From Bacillota bacterium (GTDB lineage Bacteria; Bacillota; JAAYKD01): DNA of 64,000 bases. The stretch spans positions 640,001 through 704,000 of the forward strand of contig OY762825.2 of the NCBI GenBank assembly GCA_963666425.2, given 5' to 3'. Positions 19,842-29,095 of the stretch are shown here, piece after piece (positions within the stretch are counted from its first letter, which is position 1; every line of letters begins with the position of its first letter). The notes under the pieces were generated by a model. That model made no database searches. It had not been told where the DNA came from and saw only the letters and a program-made list of their open reading frames with translations. Both the position numbers and the translations under genes were made by a program.

Positions 19842-21728
19842 ATGAAGAAGCTACGGATCTTTTTGTTCACACTGCTCCTGACTTTTTTGCTTTGTCCTCT
19901 CGTTCTTGCGGAAGGTTTTGTGATTGATGCTTACCGGGTTGAGATGACTGTAGAGGATGACAATTCCTATCTGATCACGGAAACGATCGACACCAGTTTT
20001 ACAGAGCAGCTGCATGGTATCTATCGTACAATTTTAAATAAATCCAATCAGGGCTATCCGATTTCCCTGCTCGATGTCAAGCTATTGAGCGGACATCCGT
20101 TTATGGTGGTACAGAATGACAAGAACCAGACCATTCAGATCGGTGATGCCTCTCTTTGGGCTAAGACCAAAGAGCGCTATATCCTGAGCTATCGCTATCT
20201 GCTGGGGGACGATCATAACAAGAAAGCGGATGAGCTTTATTACAACCTGATTGGCAGCGGTTGGACTACCACAATCAGCAATGTCAGCTTTACGATCCGC
20301 ATGCCGCATGATTTTGATGCCAAGAACCTTAATTTCAAATACGCAAGCGGTGCGAATGAGGATGGTTCCAGAGTCAGCTATACGATTGCCGACAACCGGA
20401 TCAGCGGTACTCTGCAGGGCAGTTTAACTTCTTCTCAGCCACTGACGGTTCTGCTGACTTTGCCGGAAGGCTATTATGGCAGTATCCCGCTGCAGACCGA
20501 TTATACCGCTCTGATCGCCCGTTATGCTTTTCTGATTTATCCGATCCTGACATTGCTCGGAGCAATGGTCTGGCTGCGCTGGGGGCGTAATCGCCCGTTG
20601 ATTCCAACTGTCGAGTTTTCTCCGCCGGAGGGATTAAATTCAGCCGATGTCGGTTATCTTTACGATCACAGTGTCGACAACCAGGATATTCTCTCCTTAA
20701 TTCTCTTCTGGGCAGCGGGTAAAAAACTGCAGATTGAGGAGCACAGCACGGAAACGGAATTTGGCTCAAAGAATGAATTTACCTTCACCCGCCTGGCTGA
20801 TTTGACGGACACAGCGAAACCTTACGAGCAAGCCGTTTTCTTTGATCTTTTCCATCGCTTTGGCAACGGTGAACAGGTAACCGATCAGCAGCTGACCAAC
20901 GATTTTCATAAAACCGTGACGGCAGCCAAGCAGCAAGTCCAGGATGCTTTCCAAGCCAAAAAGGAGACCGCAGCTTATGATAAAAAAGGCGGCCTCTGCC
21001 AAACAATCCTGATTGCGCTGACCATGCTCTGCACGTTTTTTGTCTGTTCCCTCTTCAGCAGCAGCTTTACCGATGAGGGCAACCTGGCAATTTTTTTGGC
21101 AGCTTTTTTCATTACCTTGTTTGCAGCGTTGTTCTGTGTGGTTACCGCTCAGTTGACAGTCAGTTTTTTACAGCGCAGAAATCGGAAAATTATCATCCCG
21201 CTGGCTGTTCTTTACCCTGCCTTGTTGGCAGCGAGCGGTTTGGTATTGACCGCGCAGCCAGAAAAAATGCTGCCGCAGATTTTGGGCATGCTGTCCATTG
21301 CTGTCCTGGCGGGGCTTTCTGCTTTCAGCGACAAGCGAACCCCTTTGGGAGATGCTTATTTGGCGAAAATCCTCGGCTTCCGCAATTTCTTGATGTCGGC
21401 GGAAAAAGATCGGATCGAAACCCTGGTAGAGGAAAATCCCTCTTATTTTTATGATACGCTCCCCTACGCCATGGTGCTTGGCGTCACCAGCCAATGGGCA
21501 AAGCAATTTGAACACATCAGCCTGCAGCCCCCGAATTGGTATCAAAGCGAGTACAGCACAGTGAGTTTCAGCTCCCTGGCTTTTGTTGGTGCGCTCTCTA
21601 CCGGCATGATGCAGACAATTGGTTCGATGAGTGCTGCTCCCGGTGCTTTTGGCGGCTTTGGCAGTGGCGGTGCCGGCGGTGGTTCTGCCGGCGGCGGATC
21701 CGGCGGTGGCGGCGGCGGCGGTTGGTAA
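19842..21728 (+). CDS. DUF2207 family membrane protein (paralogue 1)
   Basis: Signal peptide, HGIYR, ELYYNLIG, PPEGL, ILGFRNFL, LPYAMVLGV, Gly-rich tail ending GGGW; follows lemA. Confidence 0.88.
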   Translation: MKKLRIFLFTLLLTFLLCPLVLAEGFVIDAYRVEMTVEDDNSYLITETIDTSFTEQLHGIYRTILNKSNQGYPISLLDVKLLSGHPFMVVQNDKNQTIQIGDASLWAKTKERYILSYRYLLGDDHNKKADELYYNLIGSGWTTTISNVSFTIRMPHDFDAKNLNFKYASGANEDGSRVSYTIADNRISGTLQGSLTSSQPLTVLLTLPEGYYGSIPLQTDYTALIARYAFLIYPILTLLGAMVWLRWGRNRPLIPTVEFSPPEGLNSADVGYLYDHSVDNQDILSLILFWAAGKKLQIEEHSTETEFGSKNEFTFTRLADLTDTAKPYEQAVFFDLFHRFGNGEQVTDQQLTNDFHKTVTAAKQQVQDAFQAKKETAAYDKKGGLCQTILIALTMLCTFFVCSLFSSSFTDEGNLAIFLAAFFITLFAALFCVVTAQLTVSFLQRRNRKIIIPLAVLYPALLAASGLVLTAQPEKMLPQILGMLSIAVLAGLSAFSDKRTPLGDAYLAKILGFRNFLMSAEKDRIETLVEENPSYFYDTLPYAMVLGVTSQWAKQFEHISLQPPNWYQSEYSTVSFSSLAFVGALSTGMMQTIGSMSAAPGAFGGFGSGGAGGGSAGGGSGGGGGGGW

Positions 21729-21743
21729 ACAAAATTAACTGAT

Positions 21744-21779
21744 AAAAAAGAAGCGGTCCGGCGACGGGCTGCTTCTTTT
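21744..21779 (+). terminator. Intrinsic terminator
   Basis: AAAAGAAGCGGTCC...GGGCTGCTTCTTTT. Confidence 0.7.
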
Positions 21780-21855
21780 CCGGTTGTTTTCTGCAAGGCA
21801 GGAGAAAGGAATCTGACAAACGAATTGAGGATGTATAATTACTCTGCAAGAAAGT

Positions 21856-22689
21856 GTGATCAACATGCTGCCATCTCAGCCAATCCGTTTGGTTGCTATC
21901 GACCTGGATGATACGCTGCTGAACAAACAAAAACAAATCAGTGTCCGTAACCGCAACGCGCTGCAGCGTGCCAAAGACCAGGGCGTGGTCGTCACCTTGG
22001 TGACTGGCCGCATGTACGCCTCTGCATTGCCCTACGCCCGCAGTCTGCAGCTCGATCTGCCAATTGTCACCTATCAGGGCGGCTTGATCCGCAAATCGAT
22101 CAGTCAAGAAACTTTATTTGAATCTATCCTGGATCGCAATTTAACATGGGAAATTTGCCGCATTCTGGAGCAATTTCCCGGTGATTTGAGCCTGACCATT
22201 GACGATGAATTTTATGCAGACAGCGAAAATGAAACTGCCAAGCGTTATCGCGAACTGCATCACGTCAAGGTGCACATCATCGGCTGTTTGAGTGATTGGC
22301 TGCAAGGCCAGAACGCACCGAACATTTATAAAATTATCTATACCGATATGCCGGAGCGAATTCTGCAGGTGATGGAAGCATTGCGGCCTTACGCCAATCG
22401 CGCGAATTTGACCCGCAGCTACCCAGCTTTTCTGGAGATCGGTCCGCGCGGAATACACAAGGGATTTGCCATCCATTGGCTGGCACAGTATTTTAATATC
22501 CCGGAAGCTGCCATCTTAGTCATGGGTGACGGCGGCAATGATATTGACATGTTTGAAGCAGCCGGTTTTTCCGTCTGTATGGGTGACGGACAGCCGGAAG
22601 CCCGTGCCGCCGCTTCATATGTTGGCAAACCTTGCGAAGAAGATGGGGTAGCGGACGCCTTGGAACGTTTTGTGCTGCGGGAGGAATGA
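21856..22689 (+). CDS. Cof-type HAD-IIB hydrolase
   Basis: DLDDTLL, TGR, HKG, GDGGNDIDM; alternative start ATG 21865. Confidence 0.92.
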   Translation: MINMLPSQPIRLVAIDLDDTLLNKQKQISVRNRNALQRAKDQGVVVTLVTGRMYASALPYARSLQLDLPIVTYQGGLIRKSISQETLFESILDRNLTWEICRILEQFPGDLSLTIDDEFYADSENETAKRYRELHHVKVHIIGCLSDWLQGQNAPNIYKIIYTDMPERILQVMEALRPYANRANLTRSYPAFLEIGPRGIHKGFAIHWLAQYFNIPEAAILVMGDGGNDIDMFEAAGFSVCMGDGQPEARAAASYVGKPCEEDGVADALERFVLREE

Positions 22690-22692
22690 AAA

Positions 22693-23418
22693 ATGGACTG
22701 GAAATTATATAAAAAGGAAGCGGAAACCTCTTATACCTTCGGCAGTTTTCCCACCTTAGAGCTGTTGCGGCAGCGTCCCGACACCGTGCGCCAACTTGTG
22801 CTGCATAGCAGTTTCAGCGAGCGTCCCGCTGCCGCGGAAATCAGTGCGCTCTGCCGACAGCATCAGATTCCCTTGCTGGTGCAGGATAAAATCTTCAAAC
22901 GCCTGAGTCCGAAAGAGAATTGTTTTGTCATCGCTGAATTCCAAAAACAGGAACAGCCGCTGCAAGCTGCGGCGCCGCATTTGGTTTTAGTCAACCCCAG
23001 CAATATGGGCAATTTGGGCAGCATCCTGCGCTCCGCCCTGGGATTTAACTTTCTCAATTTAGCCATCATCACACCGGCTGTCGATTTATTTGATCCCAAA
23101 GTGGTACGCGGCAGTATGGGAGCCCTATTTTCGCTGAACATCAGCCGCTATGACAGCTTTACAGCTTACCGCAGCGATTTTCCTCAGCACCTCTGCTTTC
23201 CTTTTATGCTGACCGCTGCGATGCCGCTGCAGCAATTCACCTGGCCGCCGGCAGCGCAGCCGGCTTTGATTTTTGGTAATGAAGCAACCGGTTTAGCTCC
23301 GGAATATAGTGCAGTCGGCAGCGCAATTGTCATCCCGCACAGCAAAGCGATCGATTCGCTCAATTTATCCGTTGCGGTTTCCATTGCACTCTATGCCGCC
23401 TCTCAGCAAAAAAAATAA
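22693..23418 (+). CDS. TrmH/SpoU-family RNA methyltransferase
   Basis: NMGNLGSILRS, VRGSMG, FGNEATGL, DSLNLSVA SPOUT motifs. Confidence 0.9.
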   Translation: MDWKLYKKEAETSYTFGSFPTLELLRQRPDTVRQLVLHSSFSERPAAAEISALCRQHQIPLLVQDKIFKRLSPKENCFVIAEFQKQEQPLQAAAPHLVLVNPSNMGNLGSILRSALGFNFLNLAIITPAVDLFDPKVVRGSMGALFSLNISRYDSFTAYRSDFPQHLCFPFMLTAAMPLQQFTWPPAAQPALIFGNEATGLAPEYSAVGSAIVIPHSKAIDSLNLSVAVSIALYAASQQKK

Positions 23419-23420
23419 AC

Positions 23421-23478
23421 AACAGACGACTCAATCTCCCGAGCGCTGAACTCGTGAGAAGGTGCCGTCTGTTATTTT
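23421..23478. terminator. Hairpin/terminator between convergent genes
   Basis: AACAGACG...CGTCTGTT with internal stem. Confidence 0.5.
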
Positions 23479-23499
23479 CATCCCACTAAAATCAATACG

Positions 23500-25401
23500 T
23501 TATCGCATTTTTCCGCCCATGGGAGCACCACCCATGGCGCCGCCTACGGTGCCAATGGTTGTCGCGATCTGACTCAGCTTGACTGTCTCAATTAAGGCCG
23601 CTTTGCTGATATCACCCGCTGCGTAGGAGCCACCCAGATCAGAACCGCTGACGCTGCCGTCGCTGTAGAGACTGTAGGTTTGTCCCTGTGCCAGCTCAGG
23701 TGTGGAAATCAATACCCATTGAAACGCTTTCGAGGGTACGAAACTAATCAGGACCTTGCCATTGGCATCCGTCAGTTGCACCGCCGTATTGGCAGCTTTC
23801 GTGCTGAAAGCCGCAGCCAAAGCGGGTTGGGTTGAAGTATCCGAAACATTCTGCGCCATACCGGAACTGCCCGCTGCCAGTAAGATCCCCCCATTGAGCT
23901 GGAAGCTGCCGTTATAATCCACAGCGCCGTTGCCATTATCGGTCGGACCATGCACAATTACCGTGCCGCCATTCATTTCTATGGAACCATTGGAATCTAA
24001 TCCGTCTCCCGCTGCATATACCACGACTTGCCCGCCATTGATCACCAGCATTTGATTGCTGTCTGCAGCAAACGTATTTTGTCCCGGACGATTGCCCAGA
24101 GAAGACGCATCATTGCCACCGGCAATATTGATGCCATCATCCTTAGCATTGACCAGAACCTCTCCGCCGTTGATGGTAATCTTGCTGCTTTCCAGACCTT
24201 CGTAGCTTTGAAGCAATTGCAAACTGCCGCCGTTGATCGTCAGTTCACTGTCAGCATGCACGCCGTCATCGCCGGAGGATAGAGTAAAGCTGCCGTCTTC
24301 GATTACAATTGCTGTATCGCAATGAATCGTGTCATCCGCTGTATCCAGCTGAAAAGTCCCACCGGAAATTTGGATTAATTTCGCTGCTTTCAAACCTTTG
24401 GCGCTGGCACTGTCCGCACTGACAACCGTTGCAGCCGGCGTCCCCCACCATTGATTCGGCATGTCACTGTTTATGCTCTGCTGATCACTGCTGTTGACGC
24501 TGCCGCCGCCGCTGACAATCTGAAACGTACCGGTGCTGATGGCAAGCCCGTTTGCAGACTGTACACCGTCACCGCCCGATGTGAGCATATAATCACCGCC
24601 GTCCAGATAGATATTTCCTTTAGCGGTATCGCTGTCATTGCTGGATTTCAAGCTGTCTCCCCCGGCATCGATGGTAAAACTGCCGGCCAGAATTGCCAGA
24701 GTATCTCTGCTGACGATACCATCATCAACAGAATTGATTGCATAAACACCGCCTGTGATCACGAGATCGTCTTTACACTTGATCGCACTGTCGTAATTCG
24801 CCGTAACGGTCAGTTTACCGCTGCCATTGAGGATTAAGTCATCCTGGCTGAACAGGCAGGCATCCGGTTCCTCTTCTCCAGCTGCGAGCGTATAAACCGT
24901 GCCGTCACTGAGCGTATTTTCTGTTCCGTCTGCCAAGGTAACAATCGTGTTTTTCGATTGTTTGACCACGATCGCCGCGCCGCTCTCATTGTGAATCGTT
25001 ACACCATTCAAGACAAGCCAGACATTGCCGCTGTCACCGGCATCGACAGTCACAGAACCATTGCTTAAGCTGCCCTGCAGCAGATAGGTGCCAGGCTCAT
25101 GGATGGTGATTGCGCTGCCCAGCACCGTTACGGCACTGTTGGTTTTACTCACACTCACCGTGTCTTGCTTGAACTCTATGGTGATGCTGCTTTCCTGCTG
25201 CCAATTGGTATTCATCGCGGTGTCATCATAATTGTCGTAACCAACATCCGTTGAACCGCCGGTGACCGACGCGTCACTGCCGGTGGCTCCACTCACCGCT
25301 GGTGTGTTTACTGTCTTATTACAACCGCTCAATAAAGCCAGCAGCAGCAGCAGCGCCATGGCAGCTGCCAGATGTTTCTTCCCTTTGCTTAGAATTTGCA
25401 T
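23500..25401 (-). CDS. DUF4353 (Cthe_2159-like) carbohydrate-binding beta-helix lipoprotein
   Basis: Lipobox LLSGC; PGTYLLQGSL, LVLNGV, NTLSD, repeated 'I-x-GG...DG-I' coils, SYEGLE, DGLDSNG, AVDYNG, GSSGMAQ. Confidence 0.85.
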   Translation of the reverse strand: MQILSKGKKHLAAAMALLLLLALLSGCNKTVNTPAVSGATGSDASVTGGSTDVGYDNYDDTAMNTNWQQESSITIEFKQDTVSVSKTNSAVTVLGSAITIHEPGTYLLQGSLSNGSVTVDAGDSGNVWLVLNGVTIHNESGAAIVVKQSKNTIVTLADGTENTLSDGTVYTLAAGEEEPDACLFSQDDLILNGSGKLTVTANYDSAIKCKDDLVITGGVYAINSVDDGIVSRDTLAILAGSFTIDAGGDSLKSSNDSDTAKGNIYLDGGDYMLTSGGDGVQSANGLAISTGTFQIVSGGGSVNSSDQQSINSDMPNQWWGTPAATVVSADSASAKGLKAAKLIQISGGTFQLDTADDTIHCDTAIVIEDGSFTLSSGDDGVHADSELTINGGSLQLLQSYEGLESSKITINGGEVLVNAKDDGINIAGGNDASSLGNRPGQNTFAADSNQMLVINGGQVVVYAAGDGLDSNGSIEMNGGTVIVHGPTDNGNGAVDYNGSFQLNGGILLAAGSSGMAQNVSDTSTQPALAAAFSTKAANTAVQLTDANGKVLISFVPSKAFQWVLISTPELAQGQTYSLYSDGSVSGSDLGGSYAAGDISKAALIETVKLSQIATTIGTVGGAMGGAPMGGKMR

Positions 25402-25458
25402 TGCTTTTCGTAGCCTCCCCATTCAACTTGGTTGAAACTGGTGCTCAACCTTGCTCAC

Positions 25459-25491
25459 AGTATAGGCTGCAAAGCTTAAAATCAACTGAAG
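25459..25491 (-). promoter_or_regulatory. Response-regulator-type promoter (direct repeat plus -10) for DUF4353 gene
   Basis: Minus strand CTTCAG-ttgat-TTTAAG-N10-TATACT; near-identical to the element at 46778-46810. Confidence 0.65.
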
Positions 25492-25496
25492 TATAA

Positions 25497-25556
25497 AAAA
25501 CTCCCTTTCCCTGGCAACAGCGATTTCATCTGTTGTTTTAGGAAAAGGAGTTTTCG
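25497..25556 (-). terminator. Terminator after nucleotidyltransferase gene
   Basis: AAAACTCC...GGAGTTTT long hairpin with T-run on minus strand. Confidence 0.6.
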
Positions 25557-25561
25557 TTTTT

Positions 25562-26320
25562 CTAGAGACACTGGTTACGGATAAACCGATAAAATTCTTG
25601 ATTCGCTGCCGCTGTAACGGCGGGCGGCAATTCACTGCAGAGCAGGTCGGCCCAGGTATATACCGCTTTCGCACCGTCGCAAAGGCGGTTCGGTGTTAAG
25701 GAAGCAAGTGTATTGCGCAATAAATCAGCGCGTTCTTCCTGCAGTAAGGGCAGCAATCGCTTGCAGCCCAATTGAGCTTTTTCTGGCTGAAGCAAAAAGC
25801 GCTGCAATTTAGCCAGATAGCCAAAAGCATGATGAAAATAGCGGGTTGCCAACAACCAATCCTGTCTTTGTCTGGCGGTATTCCACTCCATCATGATAAA
25901 GCTGAATTCATTGATCAACACTGCCGCCTCCTGCGCCGAGATTGCCAGAGGTAATTCATGATAATCGGCAAGCAACCCTTGCGGGTCATAGAGTACTTCA
26001 ATACAATCCGTTGTCGGCAGGCTCGTTGCAGTGACCGTATAGAGATCAAAGTGCAGGCCATTGTCGAACACAGCAACGATTTGCGGAGCAACGAAATTTT
26101 CCTCCGACCAATAAAGTAAGGAGCGATAAGCTCTTAAATAATCCAATCGTTTTGCTAAAAAAGCAGTGTGATTCTCCGGCTTTACTAAAACATAAAAATC
26201 AACATCCGACCATTGATCGGATTCTGCTCTGGCCAACGACCCCTTCAGGAAGATCGCTTCCGCCAGTGCATCGTTCAGTATTTTTTCTTTCACGATCTCC
26301 ACTGCAGCACGCTGCATCAT
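25562..26320 (-). CDS. Pol-beta-like nucleotidyltransferase domain protein (aminoglycoside/lincosamide NTase-like architecture)
   Basis: KGSLAR..SDQWSDVD motif, third Asp in HFDLY, helical C-domain; ATG at 26320 after AGAGGG. Confidence 0.72.
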   Translation of the reverse strand: MMQRAAVEIVKEKILNDALAEAIFLKGSLARAESDQWSDVDFYVLVKPENHTAFLAKRLDYLRAYRSLLYWSEENFVAPQIVAVFDNGLHFDLYTVTATSLPTTDCIEVLYDPQGLLADYHELPLAISAQEAAVLINEFSFIMMEWNTARQRQDWLLATRYFHHAFGYLAKLQRFLLQPEKAQLGCKRLLPLLQEERADLLRNTLASLTPNRLCDGAKAVYTWADLLCSELPPAVTAAANQEFYRFIRNQCL

Positions 26321-26351
26321 CTTGAGTTTCCCTCTTTCTGATTGCCTTAAT

Positions 26352-28814
26352 TTACCAGCGACCGCCGCCGCCGCCGCCCGAGCCACCCCCAGAAAATCCG
26401 CCGCCACCAAAACCGCCGCCGCCGGAAGACATACCCCTACTGGCAGATACCGGGACTGTATTCAAAGAACTGCTCATATGATTCATCATATAAATCATAC
26501 TATAGTTCATGCGGGTCGGATCGTTGGAATAGGACCAGCTGGGCGGTGCCAGGGTGATACCGTCAAATTTCTTTTCCCAGATTGCCGAAACACCCAAAAC
26601 TTGGGCATAGGGCAGGATTTTATAGTAGTATTCCGGATCGTCCGCTAAAAGCAGCTCCAACCTGTCTTTCTCCGCGGTGCGCAGGAAATCTTTAAAACCG
26701 AGACATAATTCCAGCAGATGTGACCCGTAAGCGGTTCGCCTCCTGATAAAAGGAGCGAGCACGCCGGTCAGGAGCAGCGCAGCGCCACTGAAACCGGCGC
26801 TCCACTTGGGCAGTACACCGCCTGCATATCCCATCATAAACAACAGCCAACCGAAACCTGCAAAAACCAAACAGAACAACAGTATGGCAATGGAGGCAAT
26901 CGAAGTGATTTTCAGTCGTTTACCAATCAGATTAGACAAAGAAGCTGTAACACCCCAGCTGCCAACCACCAGCAGAACAGAAGCAACCGCATGCTCGATC
27001 AGATCCTGATAACCGTAGAAGTAAGCTGCCAAAGCACAGACGGCCATGCCAAGCAACGGCCAGAGATAACCAATTAAACCGGCTTTGATGCCTGCACTCT
27101 GATTATGCAGCGCTTTTTCTCCCCGATAGGTATTCAGGACACCGCTCAGCGTGGTATTGAGCACAGCGTAGAATTTCCCTTTCAGCTGTTCTTCGCTGAC
27201 GCTGATTTCATCAATCTCTGCTGCTGCATCGCCGGTCTCATTCGCTGGCTTGGTGCTGCCGAAACCCCACATAGAACGATACATGCTCTTCTCATAGGCG
27301 GGATGAGAGGCCTCCAGTTCATTTTTCTTGTGCAAAATGAAACTGTCTTTGCCGGTGAATTCCACCTGTAAGTGCCCCTGAGAAGCCCAATAATAGATGA
27401 GGGCAGTCAGATCTTTGCCCGAAAGCGAATCGTCAATGATATAACCCACTTCTGCCGGGTTCAGCCCTTCCGGCGGATAAAACTGCACCGGCGGTGTTAA
27501 AATCGGATCTCTTTGCTGAATAAACGCCAGCCAAAACGCCGCCAGTAAGACAGCCAGCATCATCACGGGCAGCAGATAATCCCAAATATAGAAATGGCGG
27601 GCAAATGTGCTGCCTGCTTTATAAGCAAAACTGAGTTTAAAGGCATCACCTTTGCTGTAACTGCCTTGCATTCTGGCAGTCAGGGTATTGCCGACGACCT
27701 GTTTTGTGAACAGTTCAGTCGATCCTTCACTGAAATTGGAGGTAGATCTAAAAGAAGACGAAGCATAATCAAAAGGGCTGCGTAAGGAAAGCGAAATCGC
27801 GTCATACCAGCAAAAATCGGAATTTTCCATAAAGTAAAGCTGCCAGTCCTCCTGCGATTGAGGTTTCGCGTATGCTACCGTATAGCGTACGGCAAATGTC
27901 AGCGTTTCCCCGGCTTTCGCGCCGCTGACCAACAGCGGAGCGGTAATATCAGCTGTATTTTGCCAGGTATCGCTGCCGGGCAGCATCACTTCCGTTTTGT
28001 TGATTTTGCTGATACCGCTCTGCTCATATTGCGATAAAGTACGCTGCAAAGAAGCTCCGTCCAGATTGGCAACCGCCTTATAGGTTTCTGTAACAGTCAA
28101 ATCGGCATATTCATTCATCACTGCAAAGACATCCAATTGCTTGACTTTAAAATCAGACTGCCAGACCGGAGCCAGTGGGAAAGCGCCTTCCATCAATTCG
28201 GCATTGATTGTCAAACCTTCGTAAGGCTGCAGCTGTTTTGTGCCGGTAATCTGGATTTGATTGCCCTGCACAATGACCTTGCATAAGCCGTTGGCGGCAG
28301 TACTGCCGTAAGCACCGCCCGTAATGGTGTACTTGTTCAGCACGGCAGCGGGCGGTAAAGAAACCGTGGCGGTAAATTTCTCGATGCGGGTATTCCAAGA
28401 GGTGCCGATTAAATTGACATAGATATAGTCATAAACGCTGCTGGTATCCGCATAGTGCGAGAGCGTATAAGAAATCACATAGGTGACACTGCCTTTGACC
28501 AGTTTATTCGGATCGCCGATCCGATACACCCCATAACTATCTTCACTGAATGGTACATCTTTGACCTGAAAATTCTTCAGCATGACTTCTTCCACACTGC
28601 TGTAGGGGGAAACATCACGGGTGATACCATGGGAAGATTCATTGAAATAAACTTCGATTGTCTCGACCACATCGAAGCTTCTGTCCGAATTTGCTACCAG
28701 CTGAACGTCATAGTTTTTGATATAATAGCCGCTATCTACCTGATTCGTCGCAGCAAGAGTAGTGGGACAGATCAGGACAAACATCAAACAAATCCATAAA
28801 ACCACTCGTTTCAT
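26352..28814 (-). CDS. DUF2207 family membrane protein (paralogue 2, extended ectodomain)
   Basis: Signal peptide, HGITR, YVNLIG, PPEGLNPAE, LGFKDFL, LPYAQVLGV, Gly-rich tail ending GGRW; ATG after AAGGAGG. Confidence 0.87.
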   Translation of the reverse strand: MKRVVLWICLMFVLICPTTLAATNQVDSGYYIKNYDVQLVANSDRSFDVVETIEVYFNESSHGITRDVSPYSSVEEVMLKNFQVKDVPFSEDSYGVYRIGDPNKLVKGSVTYVISYTLSHYADTSSVYDYIYVNLIGTSWNTRIEKFTATVSLPPAAVLNKYTITGGAYGSTAANGLCKVIVQGNQIQITGTKQLQPYEGLTINAELMEGAFPLAPVWQSDFKVKQLDVFAVMNEYADLTVTETYKAVANLDGASLQRTLSQYEQSGISKINKTEVMLPGSDTWQNTADITAPLLVSGAKAGETLTFAVRYTVAYAKPQSQEDWQLYFMENSDFCWYDAISLSLRSPFDYASSSFRSTSNFSEGSTELFTKQVVGNTLTARMQGSYSKGDAFKLSFAYKAGSTFARHFYIWDYLLPVMMLAVLLAAFWLAFIQQRDPILTPPVQFYPPEGLNPAEVGYIIDDSLSGKDLTALIYYWASQGHLQVEFTGKDSFILHKKNELEASHPAYEKSMYRSMWGFGSTKPANETGDAAAEIDEISVSEEQLKGKFYAVLNTTLSGVLNTYRGEKALHNQSAGIKAGLIGYLWPLLGMAVCALAAYFYGYQDLIEHAVASVLLVVGSWGVTASLSNLIGKRLKITSIASIAILLFCLVFAGFGWLLFMMGYAGGVLPKWSAGFSGAALLLTGVLAPFIRRRTAYGSHLLELCLGFKDFLRTAEKDRLELLLADDPEYYYKILPYAQVLGVSAIWEKKFDGITLAPPSWSYSNDPTRMNYSMIYMMNHMSSSLNTVPVSASRGMSSGGGGFGGGGFSGGGSGGGGGGRW

Positions 28815-28847
28815 CTTTTTCTCCTCCTTTGTCATCAATACTCTTTC

Positions 28848-28875
28848 ATTCGGGTCTCCATGGTGAAAAACCTTT
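28848..28875 (-). promoter_or_regulatory. Possible SigH-like promoter for DUF2207 paralogue 2
   Basis: AAAGGTTTT...GAAT with N18 spacer. Confidence 0.35.
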
Positions 28876-29095
28876 ACTGCCTTTAAAATCATTTGCATAT
28901 AAATCAATTGATTTTTATTTCGCAAGAATTTTTTAGGTCAAATTATCATGCTGTTTTAACTAAAACGTTTGAAACTCGATGTAATTTAATTGTAATATAA
29001 AAAAAGAAGGATTATTTCCATTTTTTTTGAAATTGTAAGACGGGACAGAACAGTCATTCCATCAGAAATAGCCGAATGCAGAAGAGGAGGAAAAA

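Noticed and set aside
21650-26425. Inverted GGC-rich tracts at the ends of the two DUF2207 genes as an invertible-element boundary
   Set aside because: The similarity is explained by poly-Gly coding, identity is short and imperfect, and no recombinase is present.
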